Shown: positions 13,376 through 27,224, numbered from the whole stretch's first letter. The stretch is DNA of 63,415 bases, filler included, from Sluysia triapertura (GCA_046118255.1; 4 parts of 4 records of this genome joined end to end with filler, not necessarily neighbours in it); one strand, 5' to 3'. The notes: generated from the sequence alone by a model not told the origin. A program made the numbers and translations.

Positions 13376-14875
13376 CATAAAATATTTAAATCAAGATAAA
13401 ATAATGAGAAATACGAAGAAATAACCCTTTGAAGGGTTTTATTTGTTAAAATATTAAAGTAGATTTGTAAATTAATTTAATTAAAATTAATTTAATTTGA
13501 TAACTAAATAAAAATGTTTGCTCATTATAAAATGATACTTGATTTAGTATTTAATATTGTAAAGTTATAATTTATATATAAAATTAAATAAAATTTATTC
13601 ATGTTTATTATTTATATTTTAATATTTTATATATTTATTTTTTATATTTTGTGTTTTGAAAAAATTAAAATATTAAAAATTATATAAATTATTATTATTT
13701 AAAAATTATAATAAAAAACTACATCAAAAATTAGAATTAAAAAATTAAATTTAAGAATAATCCAGAAAATATTTGTTTTTATCAATCAATATATGGATAT
13801 GCATCTTTATGTCAAAAATTAATATATAAATGGATATTATTCACAAAGACCACACAACAGGCAAATAAAGCTCGCAATAGAAAAATAAAGTTAACGCCAT
13901 AATTGATAAATAAAGGCGGACTAAGATAACGCTATAATTAACAACCAAATAAAGAGACAAAGTTAACGAAAATATACCAAAGACATCCACGCAGCATTCA
14001 ACAGCAATTTCAAGAAGCTGATATCAAGACGCCGTAGCAGAACTCTATTGATTCTAGACAACAATTGATATATTAAAAATATTTTCAAGTAGTACGTCTA
14101 ATTTTTATAGATTGAACTCGAATAGAGTCACAAAATCTTACGTAAAATATTCTCTTTCCATTGGTGCGTGAGGCCAATGATAAAATCATTTTTAAACTAA
14201 TTAAAATATCTGACCGAGCCTCTAGTAGATCAGGTCTTTTTAAAGGAAAAATATTTTATTATTGTTATTATTATTTTGTTTACATTAAATTAAATTAAAT
14301 TAAATTTTTAGATATTTAGTTGTTAATTGAACATTTATTCTACGCTAATATTGTCATTTTATTATTTTTTTATTGTAGATAATAAACATTAAAGTGTTTA
14401 TTATTTAATTCTTGATAATTGAATATTTAGACAACTTAATATTTAGAGTAAAAAGTCTAGAATATTGATTACTTAAGAAAATAATTTTTGATAAAGATAA
14501 CGTTTAGCATAAAATAAGAATATATTAAAGATTTTAAATATACTAATAGTAAAGCTGTTTAACAAAAACAAATTTATAGTAGTCCTTAAGTAACTGTCCA
14601 CATACTTCACGAATTTTATCGAAAGATTTTCACTTTCTTATTTCACATATCTACAGCGACGCCATTCGTAAGTCGTGTAAGATTAAGTTATAAAAAACCA
14701 CAGCACTTAATATCTGAAAATTAAGGAAAAAACTTTAAAATGTACAAAAAATGTATAAATTATGATTCGTAATAATCTGCTCTATAATCAAGATTCATCG
14801 TCAGAAACATAATTTAAATTATTTAAAATCCATTTATTAATTTTTGATAATGTTCTAATTATAATTAATTATTAT

Positions 14876-14949
14876 TGTTGGGATTAGTGAAGGATAAGGG
14901 TTGATATAAGGGTCAAAACTTGGAATAATATGATAAGTAGAGCGTTATT
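14876..14949 (+). repeat. TGTTGGGATT repeat, copy 2, running into a gap
   Basis: Same sequence as copies 1 and 3; the contig ends inside it. Confidence 0.8.
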
Positions 14950-15049
14950 NNNNNNNNNNNNNNNNNNNNNNNNNNNNNNNNNNNNNNNNNNNNTTAATTA
15001 ATTAANNNNNNNNNNNNNNNNNNNNNNNNNNNNNNNNNNNNNNNNNNNN
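14950..15049. other. Artificial contig spacer
   Basis: N44-TTAATTAATTAA-N44; stop codons in all six frames. Confidence 0.97.
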
Positions 15050-15120
15050 CTGGGGGGTAAAATTACCCCCCAGGTTGACTAAAACGTCACAATTACATTC
15101 GGTTGACGGACAAAGGTTAA
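15050..15120. mobile_element. piggyBac-like terminus with a subterminal palindrome
   Basis: CTGGGGGGTAA-aa-TTACCCCCCAG perfect inverted repeat (15050-15073); ends ...AAAGG|TTAA. Similar AAAGGG|TTAA-like ends at about 47670-47679 and 52100-52108. Confidence 0.5.
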
Positions 15121-16358
15121 TATTAAATTTAAATAGTTTCAAAATAAAATTCTCACTTGATAAAGATTGTCATAGTTAAATTTTTAATTACGAAATAAAA
15201 TTTTTAAAGGATCCTTGTCATAGGATTTCACGCAAAATATTCGCTAAATCGTTAAACCTCCAGACGATTAAAATGCACAGTTAGAAAACCAAAATTCTGT
15301 TAAACTTCCGAGACTTTCATTACACAAAATTCAACGGCTGGCCCTAACCGGTAAGTCCAATTACGTTGGTGAACTCACACTATTAAATCAACTTTTATTC
15401 TATTCTCTTAACTTTATTTCTCACACATTAAACCAAGTAAAACATTGAAGCATTAAGATTAAAAAAGAAATGCTACAATTACTCGTATATTTTCTTTCAT
15501 TTCTTTTAAATATTTTTTTCTTTCTCTTAAAGAAAAAACAAATGGTAAGATCTAAGATCTTGGATGATTTGACGCTTTCATTGTTTTAATTATTTCTTAC
15601 TATTGTTATCATCAATTTATCGTCGATTTTGATTCATTGGTATTTCTTTCATTTAAATTTTTAATATTGAAAGTGGAGCTGTTAAATGGTAAACTTGAAA
15701 GATTACATGGTACGTGGTGCATATTTGGGTCGCTGTGATTGTTTAAGAGCAACATCTTCTGAATTAAATTGTTTTTATGGTAATATTTTAATTCTATTAT
15801 TTTTAATTCTGTTACTTTAAATTCTATTCAGATTATGTCATTGGATGGATGAAATCATCTATCAGGCCTAAACTACCTCTTCGATTTATAATTGAACATT
15901 TAATTTATATATTTGATAAAATATTGTAATTGAAACACATTTTGATTGGAAGATATTTAATAGTTAAATAATATTGTTATAAAAGACGTAATAACATCAC
16001 ATAATTTTCACTGTAATTAGTCCTAATAATTTGGACATTTAAAAGCAACTTATGCTATTTGTGACTCAAAAAGGATTTAAAATTCATAAGACTTCTTATA
16101 TATTCAAGAAACAATAAATAATAGTAAAGCTTGAGTATTGCAAGGCACTTAATGCACTTAAAATCACAATGTGATTTAATAAAATGAGAACACTAACATT
16201 GTTATCAACATAGCAGACAATGTTTATTTCTAAATTTATAATGTATAATGACAATTTAAAATTTCAACATTGCTTTCTTATACACAAAGTATATAAATGC
16301 CAAGGGATCATCACGTCTCAACAAATGCGTAGTAATAAAAAACTAATAATAGTATCTA

Positions 16359-16359
<1 letters not shown>

Positions 16360-16394
<35 letters not shown>
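16360..16394. repeat. (TAA)n microsatellite
   Basis: Perfect trinucleotide run. Confidence 0.95.
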
Positions 16395-16395
<1 letters not shown>

Positions 16396-17154
16396 TGTAA
16401 AATTAATATTAATTGAAATAAATATTTTAAGGCGTAATATCTTGTGAAAAATAAGATATAAAACCCATTTAATGTGAGTGAATATAAAAGCGTGGCAATG
16501 ATAATAAAAGACAAAAAATAGCAAAATAAAAGTCTTAATAATGCAAAGGAACTATCAAACTAAAACATCATTTGATATTTAGATAATTTACACGTCTGTT
16601 TTAGTGAATCTCAATTGTTCAATGTTTATTAAATCCGTTATACTTTCGCTCAATTTGAAATTATGCCTACCATTTAATGAACATCTCAATCAATTGGAGT
16701 ATTATTTTTTTGTTTTACATCATAAAAATAGAAAATTGTAAGTTACTTACTGTTAAGATTGTTTCCTTAATTAATTTAAGAATTTAGAATATAATTGAAT
16801 GATGTAAACTGATATATGAGATGAATAATGAAAAGTTATTATAATTGTAATATGTTTGAGATTGAATATAGCTTGTATTTTTATGCTTTTGCTAGTTTTT
16901 AAGTATTTTAAAAATGATAAAATTGTAAGTTGAGAGTGAATCATAACAGTAATGTCATTAAGCAAAATCAGGAGAAATGAGTAAATGTGAAAAAAGAAAA
17001 TAAATTGGATTTAAAACAAAAGATATAGCAGTCCAATTAACACAAGCAAGATTCCAAAATACAGAGTAGTCCGAAAGTCATGATATTCCTACATAGTAAC
17101 TTAATTCTCACTATTATTTATCCTAATGTTAATAAATTTTAATATTAGTACTTA

Positions 17155-17720
17155 CAGTTCGAAAGAATGACTGCAAGTGCAAAGAACATTAGCCTGCGCA
17201 TTCAGGTGTGTGACAACTGTCTCTTCCAAAAATGATAATGCTGCAAAGGAGAAAAACGAGAAGAGATAAGTTTGGAACAATAGACACAAGAAATCATTTC
17301 GAAAAAGATCTGTGCTAGAAATTTCAAAAACCACAATGTTAACATATATAACAAAGGATCTCCATCTGAAATCGTCAAGCCAACATTTACCAATGACGAA
17401 GAGATAACGACATTGACAACGATCTGAAAGAAAATCCGCAAAATAACTTGAGTACAAACTTCACACTTGATAAAATCCTGTTTATCATCATTCATATGTG
17501 GCCATATTAAGAGTATTTTGTTCCACAGATCCAGAGATTTGATGTTGATCTGAATAATTGTTGGTTTCAACAGGGTCGCACCTTTATATTAGCCTTCCAT
17601 AAGTCCACATCTATCATATTGCTACAACGCTATGCGGGACATTATCAAGATCACAGTTGGCACAACATTTGCAACAAAGAGCAACTTCATAAAATGTCAC
17701 ATCATTCAGTGCCAAGAAAA
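17155..17720 (+). mobile_element. Decayed Tc1/mariner-superfamily transposase
   Basis: LEISKTTMLTYITKDLHLKS (second HTH, about 17316-17375) and PQIQRFDVDLNNCWFQQG..P (WFQQDGA motif, about 17523-17583); frameshifted. Boundaries approximate. Confidence 0.65.
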
Positions 17721-17951
17721 TTATGAATAAACTGATTCCACAACATCTTCTGTTATATTACATTATTAACTGCATTCTTCTATTATTCTAGGATTGCTGT
17801 ATTACTTATTGGTATGGTTAACAAGAATTTCGAATTACCCTGAAATGATTTTTATTTAGACCATTTTCCGTGTTTTATGGAAATAATTTTTCAATTTTAA
17901 ATAAACTCTCTATCTACTCAGAGTTCAAGCACTTAAAGTAGTATAATATAA

Positions 17952-18003
<52 letters not shown>
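17952..18003. repeat. (TAA)n microsatellite
   Basis: Perfect trinucleotide run. Confidence 0.95.
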
Positions 18004-18004
<1 letters not shown>

Positions 18005-18100
18005 AATTTGATTTCTCTAATCTAACTGAAAGTAATGTCATGCTGAAAAATAAATTCATTGCTTTTAAAATGCGTTTATCGTTATATTACATTGTTTCAT

Positions 18101-18189
18101 TCATTTCACTTGCGAATTATTTGGTTTTCGTGCATTACTATTCGGTAATTTTTCCAAAGCAGGTATAACTTCATCAAGAGAGTCCACGC
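18101..18189 (-). CDS. CEP70: CEP70-like gene, terminal exon
   Basis: tatag acceptor, phase 1: (G)VDSLDEVIPALEKLPNSNARKPNNSQVK*; compare the CEP70 end EIDDLDAIVPAVKKL. Confidence 0.72.
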
Positions 18190-18929
18190 CTATATTAAAA
18201 ATAATAAATAATAAGATAAAAATATTTTAAATATTTCACTATACATTATAACTTTTACTACGTTTAGGTTCGTGGAGTTTAATAATGAAATCGTCTCTGA
18301 TGATAGATAGGTAAGTGAAGTCTCAAAGCTCTAACTCGTAACAAATAGAGTATTCAACAAACTAAAGCATGTTTCTTAATAAACGAAAAGTTAATATATT
18401 AATGTACGACATGTACTTTAATTTGTTTACAAATTTTAAAATTTAAAAAGTTAACAAATTATTCTATAATTTATTTTATTTCTTGGTGTTACAGCAACAA
18501 GAAAGGATGAAATGAAGCAATCCACACATTAGTTTTATTTTCAAGTTTTTTTAAATTTTACAAAACAACAATTTTCCATTATGATTGAAAATTATTTGAA
18601 TAAGGGTATCAAATTTTTACAATTTTAAATATTCTAAGCAATCATAAATTGATAGATGTGAAACCTGTTTTGTAAAAATATTTTAACGCTTAGTTCCTTT
18701 TTTATGTAATACATAAATAAAATAAATATTTAATCATATTTTTAAATGATGGGATCACTGCTCCATCATTATTATTCCGATTTGTTTGTCTCACAACAAT
18801 TTCGTTTTTAGTTTATTACAAAGAAAATAAACTTGTCATAAGCAATGATACAATATAAAACTGTTTGGAATTGATTAACAAGAGTTTTTTTTTACATTTT
18901 TATGTTTCAGCTTAAGGAAATTAGGCTTC

Positions 18930-19990
18930 ACTAGCCTTACAATTTTATGAACATTACAACTTATATATTGAAAATACCATCAATGAATTTGTCAAATAAG
19001 GTATAGGCAAAGCATGGAGTTCCTCAGGGATAAATACTTGGTCCATTATTTTTTATAATATATATCAATGATTTTTCAAGTGTAATCGAGTCATATGGTT
19101 TTAAGTACCATATATATGTTGAGGACGTGCAAATATATACTGAATTTGAAATGAACATGTAATGTACTATTCAAATAACAGAAGAACTAGTATCTGAATT
19201 AATAAAATGGTTTGGAAATAAATACGTGAAATTAATGAAATCAGATCTTATAATCTTTAGTAATAAAAATAACAAAATAAATGAAACAAAGTTAATTGTA
19301 GGTGATAAGACACTAGATACAATTCACTATATGGATTCAAAAATGAACATGGAAGAAAATATTAATTGTATTGTTACAAAATGTAAATATCAATTAAATA
19401 AAATATGACACATTCGAAAATTAATTAATAAAGAAACAGCTAAACTTATTATTCATTCATTGATAACTAACAACACAGATTTTAACAATGGCTTGTTGTT
19501 CTTAATTTCATATAGAAAAGTGAAAAAATTACAATTAATAATTAATCAAGCAGCAAGACTAATTCTCCAAGTGGGAAGAAAATCTCATGTAACAGCTTAC
19601 CATAAGGAGTTACAATAAAAGCAATAATAGAATTCAAAATCATGACAATAATTTACAAATGCTTACATTATGGAAGTGCTAAATAATAATAATAATAATA
19701 ATAAATTTGGAAACCAAGATGAATATTTCATTGAGGCATAATAAATCTATGCAGAATCCACAGTGATAATAAGCTAGATGACAGGTTGTATACTGTTTAT
19801 GTTTCAAAAATACACAACCAGTTACCAGAAAATGTCAAATTACTGGAAAATTATGAAATATTTAAGAAAAAGGCGAAGTTGTTTCTGTTTCAGAAATATT
19901 ATGGTGAATGATATACTTTAAGCGTTTTTGATTACTTACTTTGCAGTAGATATGAGCGCAATATAAATTAATATGTTATTATTATTATCT
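18930..19990 (+). mobile_element. 5'-truncated, decayed L2-clade LINE
   Basis: HGVPQG*ILGPLFFIIYIND, YHIYVEDVQIY (YADD), IHSLITNNTDFNNGLL, KKLQLIINQAARLI and FKKKAKLFLF; 3' end gcgcaatataaat...(tta)n. Confidence 0.88.
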
Positions 19991-20529
19991 GAAATTATCA
20001 ACCATAAAAAGTTTCTATTATTAACATTTCATGACGGACAATCTTACTGAAGATAATGTTTTACTTCGAATTGTGTTATATCTCAATCAGATAATTTATT
20101 TCTTAATTAATTTGGCATTTCAGAAATGATGTGGTACATCATACGTGAAATTTCACATATAATATTGATTATGTTATAAATTTGCAAAATTATGAATAAA
20201 TCGAATATATTCAAAAAGTTAAAGTATCTTACAAAAGGCACATTTTAATTCGAATTTCTTTGAAGTGCAAACGCGATATTTTGGGTAGAACTATTTTTAA
20301 ACTATTACAAGTTTCAAAAAGATAACTTGTACAATAAAATAATTTAAAATAATAGATAACAAAGTTTTTTATTTTATGATTTTATTATATAGTAATTTTC
20401 GATAATATGTGACATAATAATGACAAAAGTGCCAATTGAAGTGTTGTTTCATAACTGCTGCATCAAGGTTAATGCATTAAACAGTATATTTATTTGGTCA
20501 TTTAAATGTTCATTTTATTTTAAACTAAC

Positions 20530-20724
20530 CTAATTTTTCCAAAACATCTTCGGCAAATGTCTTAAACAAAAGAACAAAATTGTCATATTCTTCCAGTTTC
20601 GAAACCAATAATTCCATATCCGCTGTTAATTGTAAATCGTCTGTGTATTTTTGATTTTTCAAGTCATTAAGAATTAGAAGTGATTCAATTTCGGCTACAA
20701 TACATGCAAATCCTTTTTGATTTT
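20530..20724 (-). CDS. CEP70: CEP70-like gene, penultimate exon
   Basis: tttcag acceptor and gttagt donor, 195 nt open, phase 1-1: ...ADMELLVSKLEEYDNFVLLFKTFAEDVLEKL matches CEP70 [31 protein letters not shown]. Confidence 0.72.
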
Positions 20725-23481
20725 CTGAAAATATTAATCAATTATTGTTTCATTTATCAAAATATTTTATCATAATAAAAACATTATTAATATTATATTT
20801 AATAAGTAAGGTGTGATGCCTATAGATACATAAAATAAATTATTCACAGGGTGTAATGACCATTTTGAAACGATATATAAAGAATTATAAACCTAATTTA
20901 ATTTAATAATTTAATAATTTAATAACAATAATTCAATTCACGACAAAGAGGGAAACTACGAATAAAATTCAACCGCCTCATTGGGCTCGTTATTATCGAC
21001 TTATTTACAACAGTCACATTGACATGTTTGGTAAAAATTAAGCAGTATTTATTTGAAATTGTCCCCATTAATTGAATTGTTCAGCAAAAGGTTAAGCAGA
21101 CTTTGAAATATTCTATCGATTCGTTAACTTCAGACCCATTGATTATTATAACCAAGTCCTAATTAATTTGGAAAGAGACATTTCGACCTGTTTTCTCAAA
21201 AATTGTTAAAATATCCTTAAGGCAACTTAATTAATTCAAGAAATAAAATCATAGATAAACCACCATCAATTTTTCAGATAGATTAATACTACCTTTAAAA
21301 TCAAATCTAATACTTAATATCCTAAAATAAGTATCATTATATTACATAATTTAAAAGATAATTCGAATAGTGTTTTATTTGAATTTAATTATGATTTATT
21401 TACTACTAAACAATTAGAAGTATTTTGTAGTCATTTTTGTTTAATTTGAGTATCTTTACTTATTTTACCTAGATCAAGTTGATAATAACATTGTTAATAC
21501 AAAGAGAGAGAGAGAGAGATAAAGTCTATTTTGAATACTAAGAGGAACTTAAGCTAAAATCACTCTCGAATAAAAAACCATTGAAAGTAGTTGTTAAAGG
21601 GTGAATTATCTACATAGCATGAGGAAAAAATATATAACCTTTAACATCGCTTGTACCTCTAAGAGAAATACATATTATTATAAGCAGATTCATTTAAATT
21701 AAACAGAGCTTATTAAATATCACCCAGAAGCAAAGAATCAATATTATAAAGATATTAACCGAAACAGTTAAGTCGCAACCTCAGAATTCGATCAACGTTG
21801 TATAATAAATTAAATTTCTACAAGGGTGCTTTTCAATAGGATATAAGACACTTACTAAAGGCGAACTCAACATTTAAAAGATCATTTTGCATAAGAGAAA
21901 ATTTTCTCATGACGAGCAAAATAATTATTTTTATACTTGTCTTCATATTCATTATAGTTTTACAATGTGACAATGAAATATTGTGAGAGTTTAAAAAATG
22001 AATTTTCTTTATTTTTAAATGACGATCTGATTGTTGTTTTTTCGTATATTCTTTCTGCCACAAATGATCTGTCGGCATCGATATAATATAAATTTTATTA
22101 ATTATTTTATTTTTAGATCAGTAATAATAATAATAATTTTTATTTTATTTATTTTTATAATTTCAAAGCAAGTTAATAGAAAATCTTCCTGAAGGAGTTC
22201 ACATTTCTAGATTGATCTTCTAAATTTGATTAACATGATTTTATAAGAGATTCAAGTGATTTTTATTGTTTTCATATATGTTATTATGGTTTTATTAAAT
22301 TGTTTTGTTTTTTGTCGAAAAATATGTGGTGAGCTCATGGATATTGCTGTACATTTTAAACATTGCACACACGTGGCAGAAAAAATTTTACAATCTCATT
22401 AAAATCTTGATAATAGATCTTTCCAATCAATATAAATGTAAATATTTTAGGAATTATTAAACTGTCCAGAAAATTACCCATATATTTCAAATTTTTCAGC
22501 TATAAGCATAAAAAATGTTAGAGTAGAACTTTTATCAATTTTGTCTGATTAAATTTATAACTATCGGTCTTATTAAAAACATAACCAAATAATTTACATG
22601 AAATTAAATCCTCAGTTACGCATGTTAATTGTATATTTATTAAAGATTTCAAATTTAATCTAATTTGACAAATTATTATTTTCGCAACTCTGAAGTTGAC
22701 CTTGAACATAATCGATAACAGCTGAATACAAATTAATAATATATGGTTGATATTCTGAATATATATCATTAAATATAAATCAAGACAAAACACAATAATA
22801 ACAAGTTTAATAAGATCTTATTGAACATTAAAAAATGTCACTAGAAGATACAAAAAGTACGATATTTATAAAAGAGAATTAGTATTATAATAATTAGAAT
22901 AATAACAGGTAACGGCGATAACAATGCAATAATGGCGAAAGCCAAGTGACAAGCACGATACAATGTGAAATTAATTTCATTAATTTTTATTGGAAGAGTA
23001 TAAAGAATTGAAAAAAATTAATGAATATTGCTAACATAGCTATTGTTGAAAGAATTTATTAACGAGAAAGTATATAAGATGTGAAAGCAGGTGATTGTTA
23101 ACGGAGTTTTGGTTACTTGTGATTTATTAATTTTTTGATTGGTATGTGTGATTGTGGCATTGAACCTAGTCAATAATCAATCATTATTACAATTATTGAT
23201 TAATCATTAACATACGAATAAGTAAATGATGGATATAATTAAATTAAATTTGAAAAATTAATAATGTTGCCATTATGTATTGGATATTTAAATTTGGAGG
23301 AATTGTTGCTAATTAAAGCTTTACCTAATTTTATCAACAAACTATTTAAAACAGTAAAAAATTTTAAATATTAATGAATTACGAAACAAAATAGGCTTAA
23401 TGTCTTTAAAAACAAAACTGAATTTTAGTAACATTAGAACAACAAAATTTGAAGACATCACAATGTCTAATGTTCCGGAAT

Positions 23482-23694
23482 TTATATCATTTGGTACCAA
23501 CTCGATTGCGACCAACCATAAGGAAGTTGAATAAATTTTAATAAAGCATCGTTAATTTCTTTCACCGGTGGAATACAAATTGAAAATGGTAATAAGAATA
23601 CGCAAATTACTGTTAAAAATGTAGCAAGAGGCCAAGCTAAAAGTAATGCCAATAATAACCAAATTATAGCACTTATAATTCCCGGACAAGCCAT
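23482..23694 (-). CDS. Small (~70 aa) hydrophobic membrane protein of an uncharacterised invertebrate family
   Basis: MACPGIISAIIWLLLALLLAWPLA...LLPFSICIPPVKEINDALLKFIQLPY. The pattern CPG..W....WP...PF..C....D.LLK.Q.P recalls a conserved small invertebrate protein (from memory, unverified). The C-terminus is atypical or spliced (possible G|GTTGGT donor after LPY). Confidence 0.65.
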   Translation of the reverse strand: MACPGIISAIIWLLLALLLAWPLATFLTVICVFLLPFSICIPPVKEINDALLKFIQLPYGWSQSSWYQMI

Positions 23695-25114
23695 AAATAT
23701 AATAACTTATTGCTAATTAATGGAGTTTTTGAGCGACCGATTTTTTTAACTTGGAAGTTTATTAACATTAATTTTATAATTTATTTTTAATTTTTAATTT
23801 CAGATGAGACTTTGAGTTTTCAAAGTAGGAATTTCATTCTTCAGTAGGATTCGGAAGACTGACTTGAGCCAATTCAGAATTAGTTTCATTACCACGATTA
23901 TTCAAACCAGTATTACCAATAATTGATTCAGATTCTGAAAAGCGACTGAACTTGATATGCATACTACTTGCCATTTGTGATCTTATCATTCGTTATTTTT
24001 GTGATAATTCTTTATATTGTTTTGTGAAATTCTTTGCGCACTGCTAGAAGAATTTGAATTTGTAATAGTATAGAAATCGGAACTAGCATAAAGTTGATTC
24101 CAATTGAAAAATCATGAAGTACAATTGAATAACAACTAAAGTTAGTGTTTGGCTCATGAAATACTAGTCTGTTTAAATAAGTATATTGATCTTCAAAACT
24201 ACAAGGTTTATAATGGTCCATGACAGCACTAAGGTGATTGACTGAATTTTGGATAAATGAAGTTACTTTCGAATTCATATTTAACTTATGCAATGGTGAT
24301 CCAGATGAATATGAAGCTAATTTCGTTGGAGAAAATCAATATTTCTTACTTGATTACATATATTGATGATTTTCCCAAAGCAACACCTTAACGAAGGGGT
24401 TATGAAAATATAAAATCTGTAATTGTATCGTAATATTTAATTATTTAATATTTAATTAACAGTTTTCTAGATTTACCAAGGTGCGAAATAGTCGTTTTAT
24501 TTTTTAAGTATTAAAAATCCTAATAATGTCTCCAGTAGTGGTATAAATCGTATATATTAGGCGAACCGACTCCTTAGATGTTTTGCAAGTAGGATAAGTT
24601 TTTAAAGAAAAAACTTCGCATGTATATATATGTATACGTGCATGTATATGTGTAATGTTCAAATTTTAATTATAAACAGATTAATTAAAGTTATTTATAA
24701 AACTAATTAATATTTTTAAATTATATAGTAAAATTTAATTAAAACTTTAATTTCATAAATATTACTATAATACATATTCGTTTATTGATTAGTTAAATCA
24801 AAATTATCGAAATATGAAATTAACATAAAACTCAATAGTACAGTTATAATATTGCAAAATTAATTAAAATAACGATTAAGCAAAATTACGTGTGATATTT
24901 TATTTCATCTTCACACATATGTATATTTGAGAGAGGAAATTTGAATTTTTAAACAAATAAATTTAATTGCAATTCCATCTCGAATACCGGCGACGAGTAA
25001 AAGACTAATCAAAATTTTTAGAAGTAACTTTGAGTAGTAAGATACTAGTGATTATAAAAGAACGAACTAACAAAAATTCGAAAATTAAAATTAATTCAAG
25101 TATAAATATAAACC

Positions 25115-25183
<69 letters not shown>

Positions 25184-25192
25184 TAATAATAA
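25115..25192. repeat. (TAA)n microsatellite
   Basis: Near-perfect run. Confidence 0.95.
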
Positions 25193-25596
25193 CGTAGTAA
25201 GTGAAAATCAATGTCCATTTTATCTTAAATGAAGAATCTTATTGTAAAATACCATTTTGTTAATAATGCTCATTTTGTGTTCGAAAACCTTTTTTTCATT
25301 TTCAAAATTTTATGATGTATTATGATGAATTTTATTTTTAAATATTATTATGAAATTAATTAGTCTATTAAACTTTTTGAAAGGAACATAGAAACAATAC
25401 CAAAAACATTTATTTACGAACAAGGATAAAAACATTAAAAATTTGTTTGTTATAAAATTTACCAAAAATGTTTATTTGCACTTGAATATGCCACGATTGT
25501 ATAATTAATTATTGTATAATTATGTAATTCTGAACAAAATTACATAAACATAATCATTGTGATTGTTATTTATTAATTGTAAAATATAAAATTTAC

Positions 25597-26069
25597 TTTA
25601 AAAAAATCTTTGCTATCAAAATAAGCTCGATATAGATCATGGAATCTATGGGAATAATTGCACGTTTCTCCATTCTTTATGCATACACCATTGTTTGATA
25701 AGCCATATAAACATAGAGCACTTTTATGGTAGAATGAAATGTCATGTTGCATCGTATGTTTTTTGGATGAAGATGTTGACTGTTCATTTTACTTGTATAA
25801 CTTGACATGATTTCATCATATAAAGTAGGAGATACAAATAATAGAATTTGATTTATTTGTTAATTCTTCAGGAACAAAACTTTAAAATTGATTGTTCCGA
25901 GCACATGCGTTAATACTTCGAATTTTGAGTTAGGATGGAATTCATTGAAATTATATTTGTCTTAATCTAAATTGGTATGTTTCGAATTTTGAACCTCATC
26001 AAATTTAATATATTTTTACAATGATCCTTTGGACAGCTGTCTTCATTCATTACCACCTTCGTTCGACAT
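25597..26069 (-). pseudogene. UNK: Decayed Unkempt-like CCCH zinc-finger gene fragment
   Basis: FYHKSALCLYGLSNNGVCIKNGETCNYSHRFHDLYRAYFD matches the Unkempt finger YYKT..C......G.C.KNG.HCAFAHG.HDLR..VYD. The preceding frame keeps the YDE-x13-LH-x9-FH spacing but has lost its cysteines. Frameshift and stops present. Confidence 0.72.
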
Positions 26070-27224
26070 ATTTAGTTAAATAGGAAAAATTTTAAAATAT
26101 CAAAAATAATTCTAAATTCAGATTCATTGTGTTTTCCAACAAATAATTCAAATTATTAGTTCAGACTATATTAAATATTTATTAACATAAAATTCCTCTC
26201 TAAATTAATTGTAATTGTTGCTTTTATAAAAATTGTGTTGAATAAATAAATAATTGTGTATCAAACCAACTTTATTGTGCGGCAACGTTTGCAATGAATG
26301 CTATTGGATGGCCAATTATAATGAGTAGAGTGGACTTCAACAATCAAAAAGGTTGTGAAATGACGGCAGCTGATAAATTGAATTAAATTAAAAATCTGTC
26401 AATATTGACAGTAATTTCATTAAAATTTAGAAATAACAGTGACGGTATTATGATGAGTTGGAACATGCGGTGTAGTACTAACAGCGTGAACTACGAAACT
26501 CTCAAGATTGACAGTTTATAAAATTAATAACGATGATGATAATGATAATAATAATAATAATGATCAAAAATAATATTACTAATAATAAAATGAAAACATA
26601 GAATTAAAAACGCGTGAATTCTTCTGTAATAACATATATCTTTATCTTGACATATTTCTTTTGAAATTTCTTTTAAAAGTAATCTTAAAGATTCTTAAAC
26701 ATAGTACGGTATTGTTGAAATAAAGAACAAAATGTTTGTTGGAGGAAATGTAAAACATTGTTCGACAATGAAATGATTGCATAAATTTATCTACAATTCT
26801 TTGTCTTTTCTTAACAAACTTGTTTAAAATATTAATGCATAAATATTTTAATAATTATACTTTTTCTTGAATATAATTTTGTTTTATGTAAAACTTGTGA
26901 ATGTGCAGTCTATTCGTGTCTTTTGCGATTCTTGCTTATTTATTACTTAAATCTTATCAAGTACGTTTCTTGAAATTTCTGATTATATGAATGTTTCAAT
27001 TATTTTACGAGTCTAAACTATTGTATAATGTTAAGTTAAACTTGAAATTGGTAAATTTGAAATCTGTGTTATAAAATGATTGTTGATGAAAATTAATGCT
27101 TTGGAATAAAATGAACTTTCATAAAATGAGAAAAAGAAAGGATAATAATAAAAATGGAGAAAAGAGAGATTGTAAGGGAGATTTGATGACGTTAGAAGAG
27201 AAATTCCATTTAAAATATTATTAT

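Noticed and set aside
14950-15049. TTAATTAATTAA palindromes inside N runs (three places)
   Set aside because: Identical engineered spacer, not biology. Adjacency across spacers should not be trusted.
17152-17570. Cys-containing minus-strand ORFs as zinc fingers
   Set aside because: The opposite strand carries Tc1/mariner transposase motifs.
25005-25211. Poly-Ile/Leu/Tyr ORFs (also 16318-16524 and 34632-34904)
   Set aside because: Translations of (TAA)n microsatellites.
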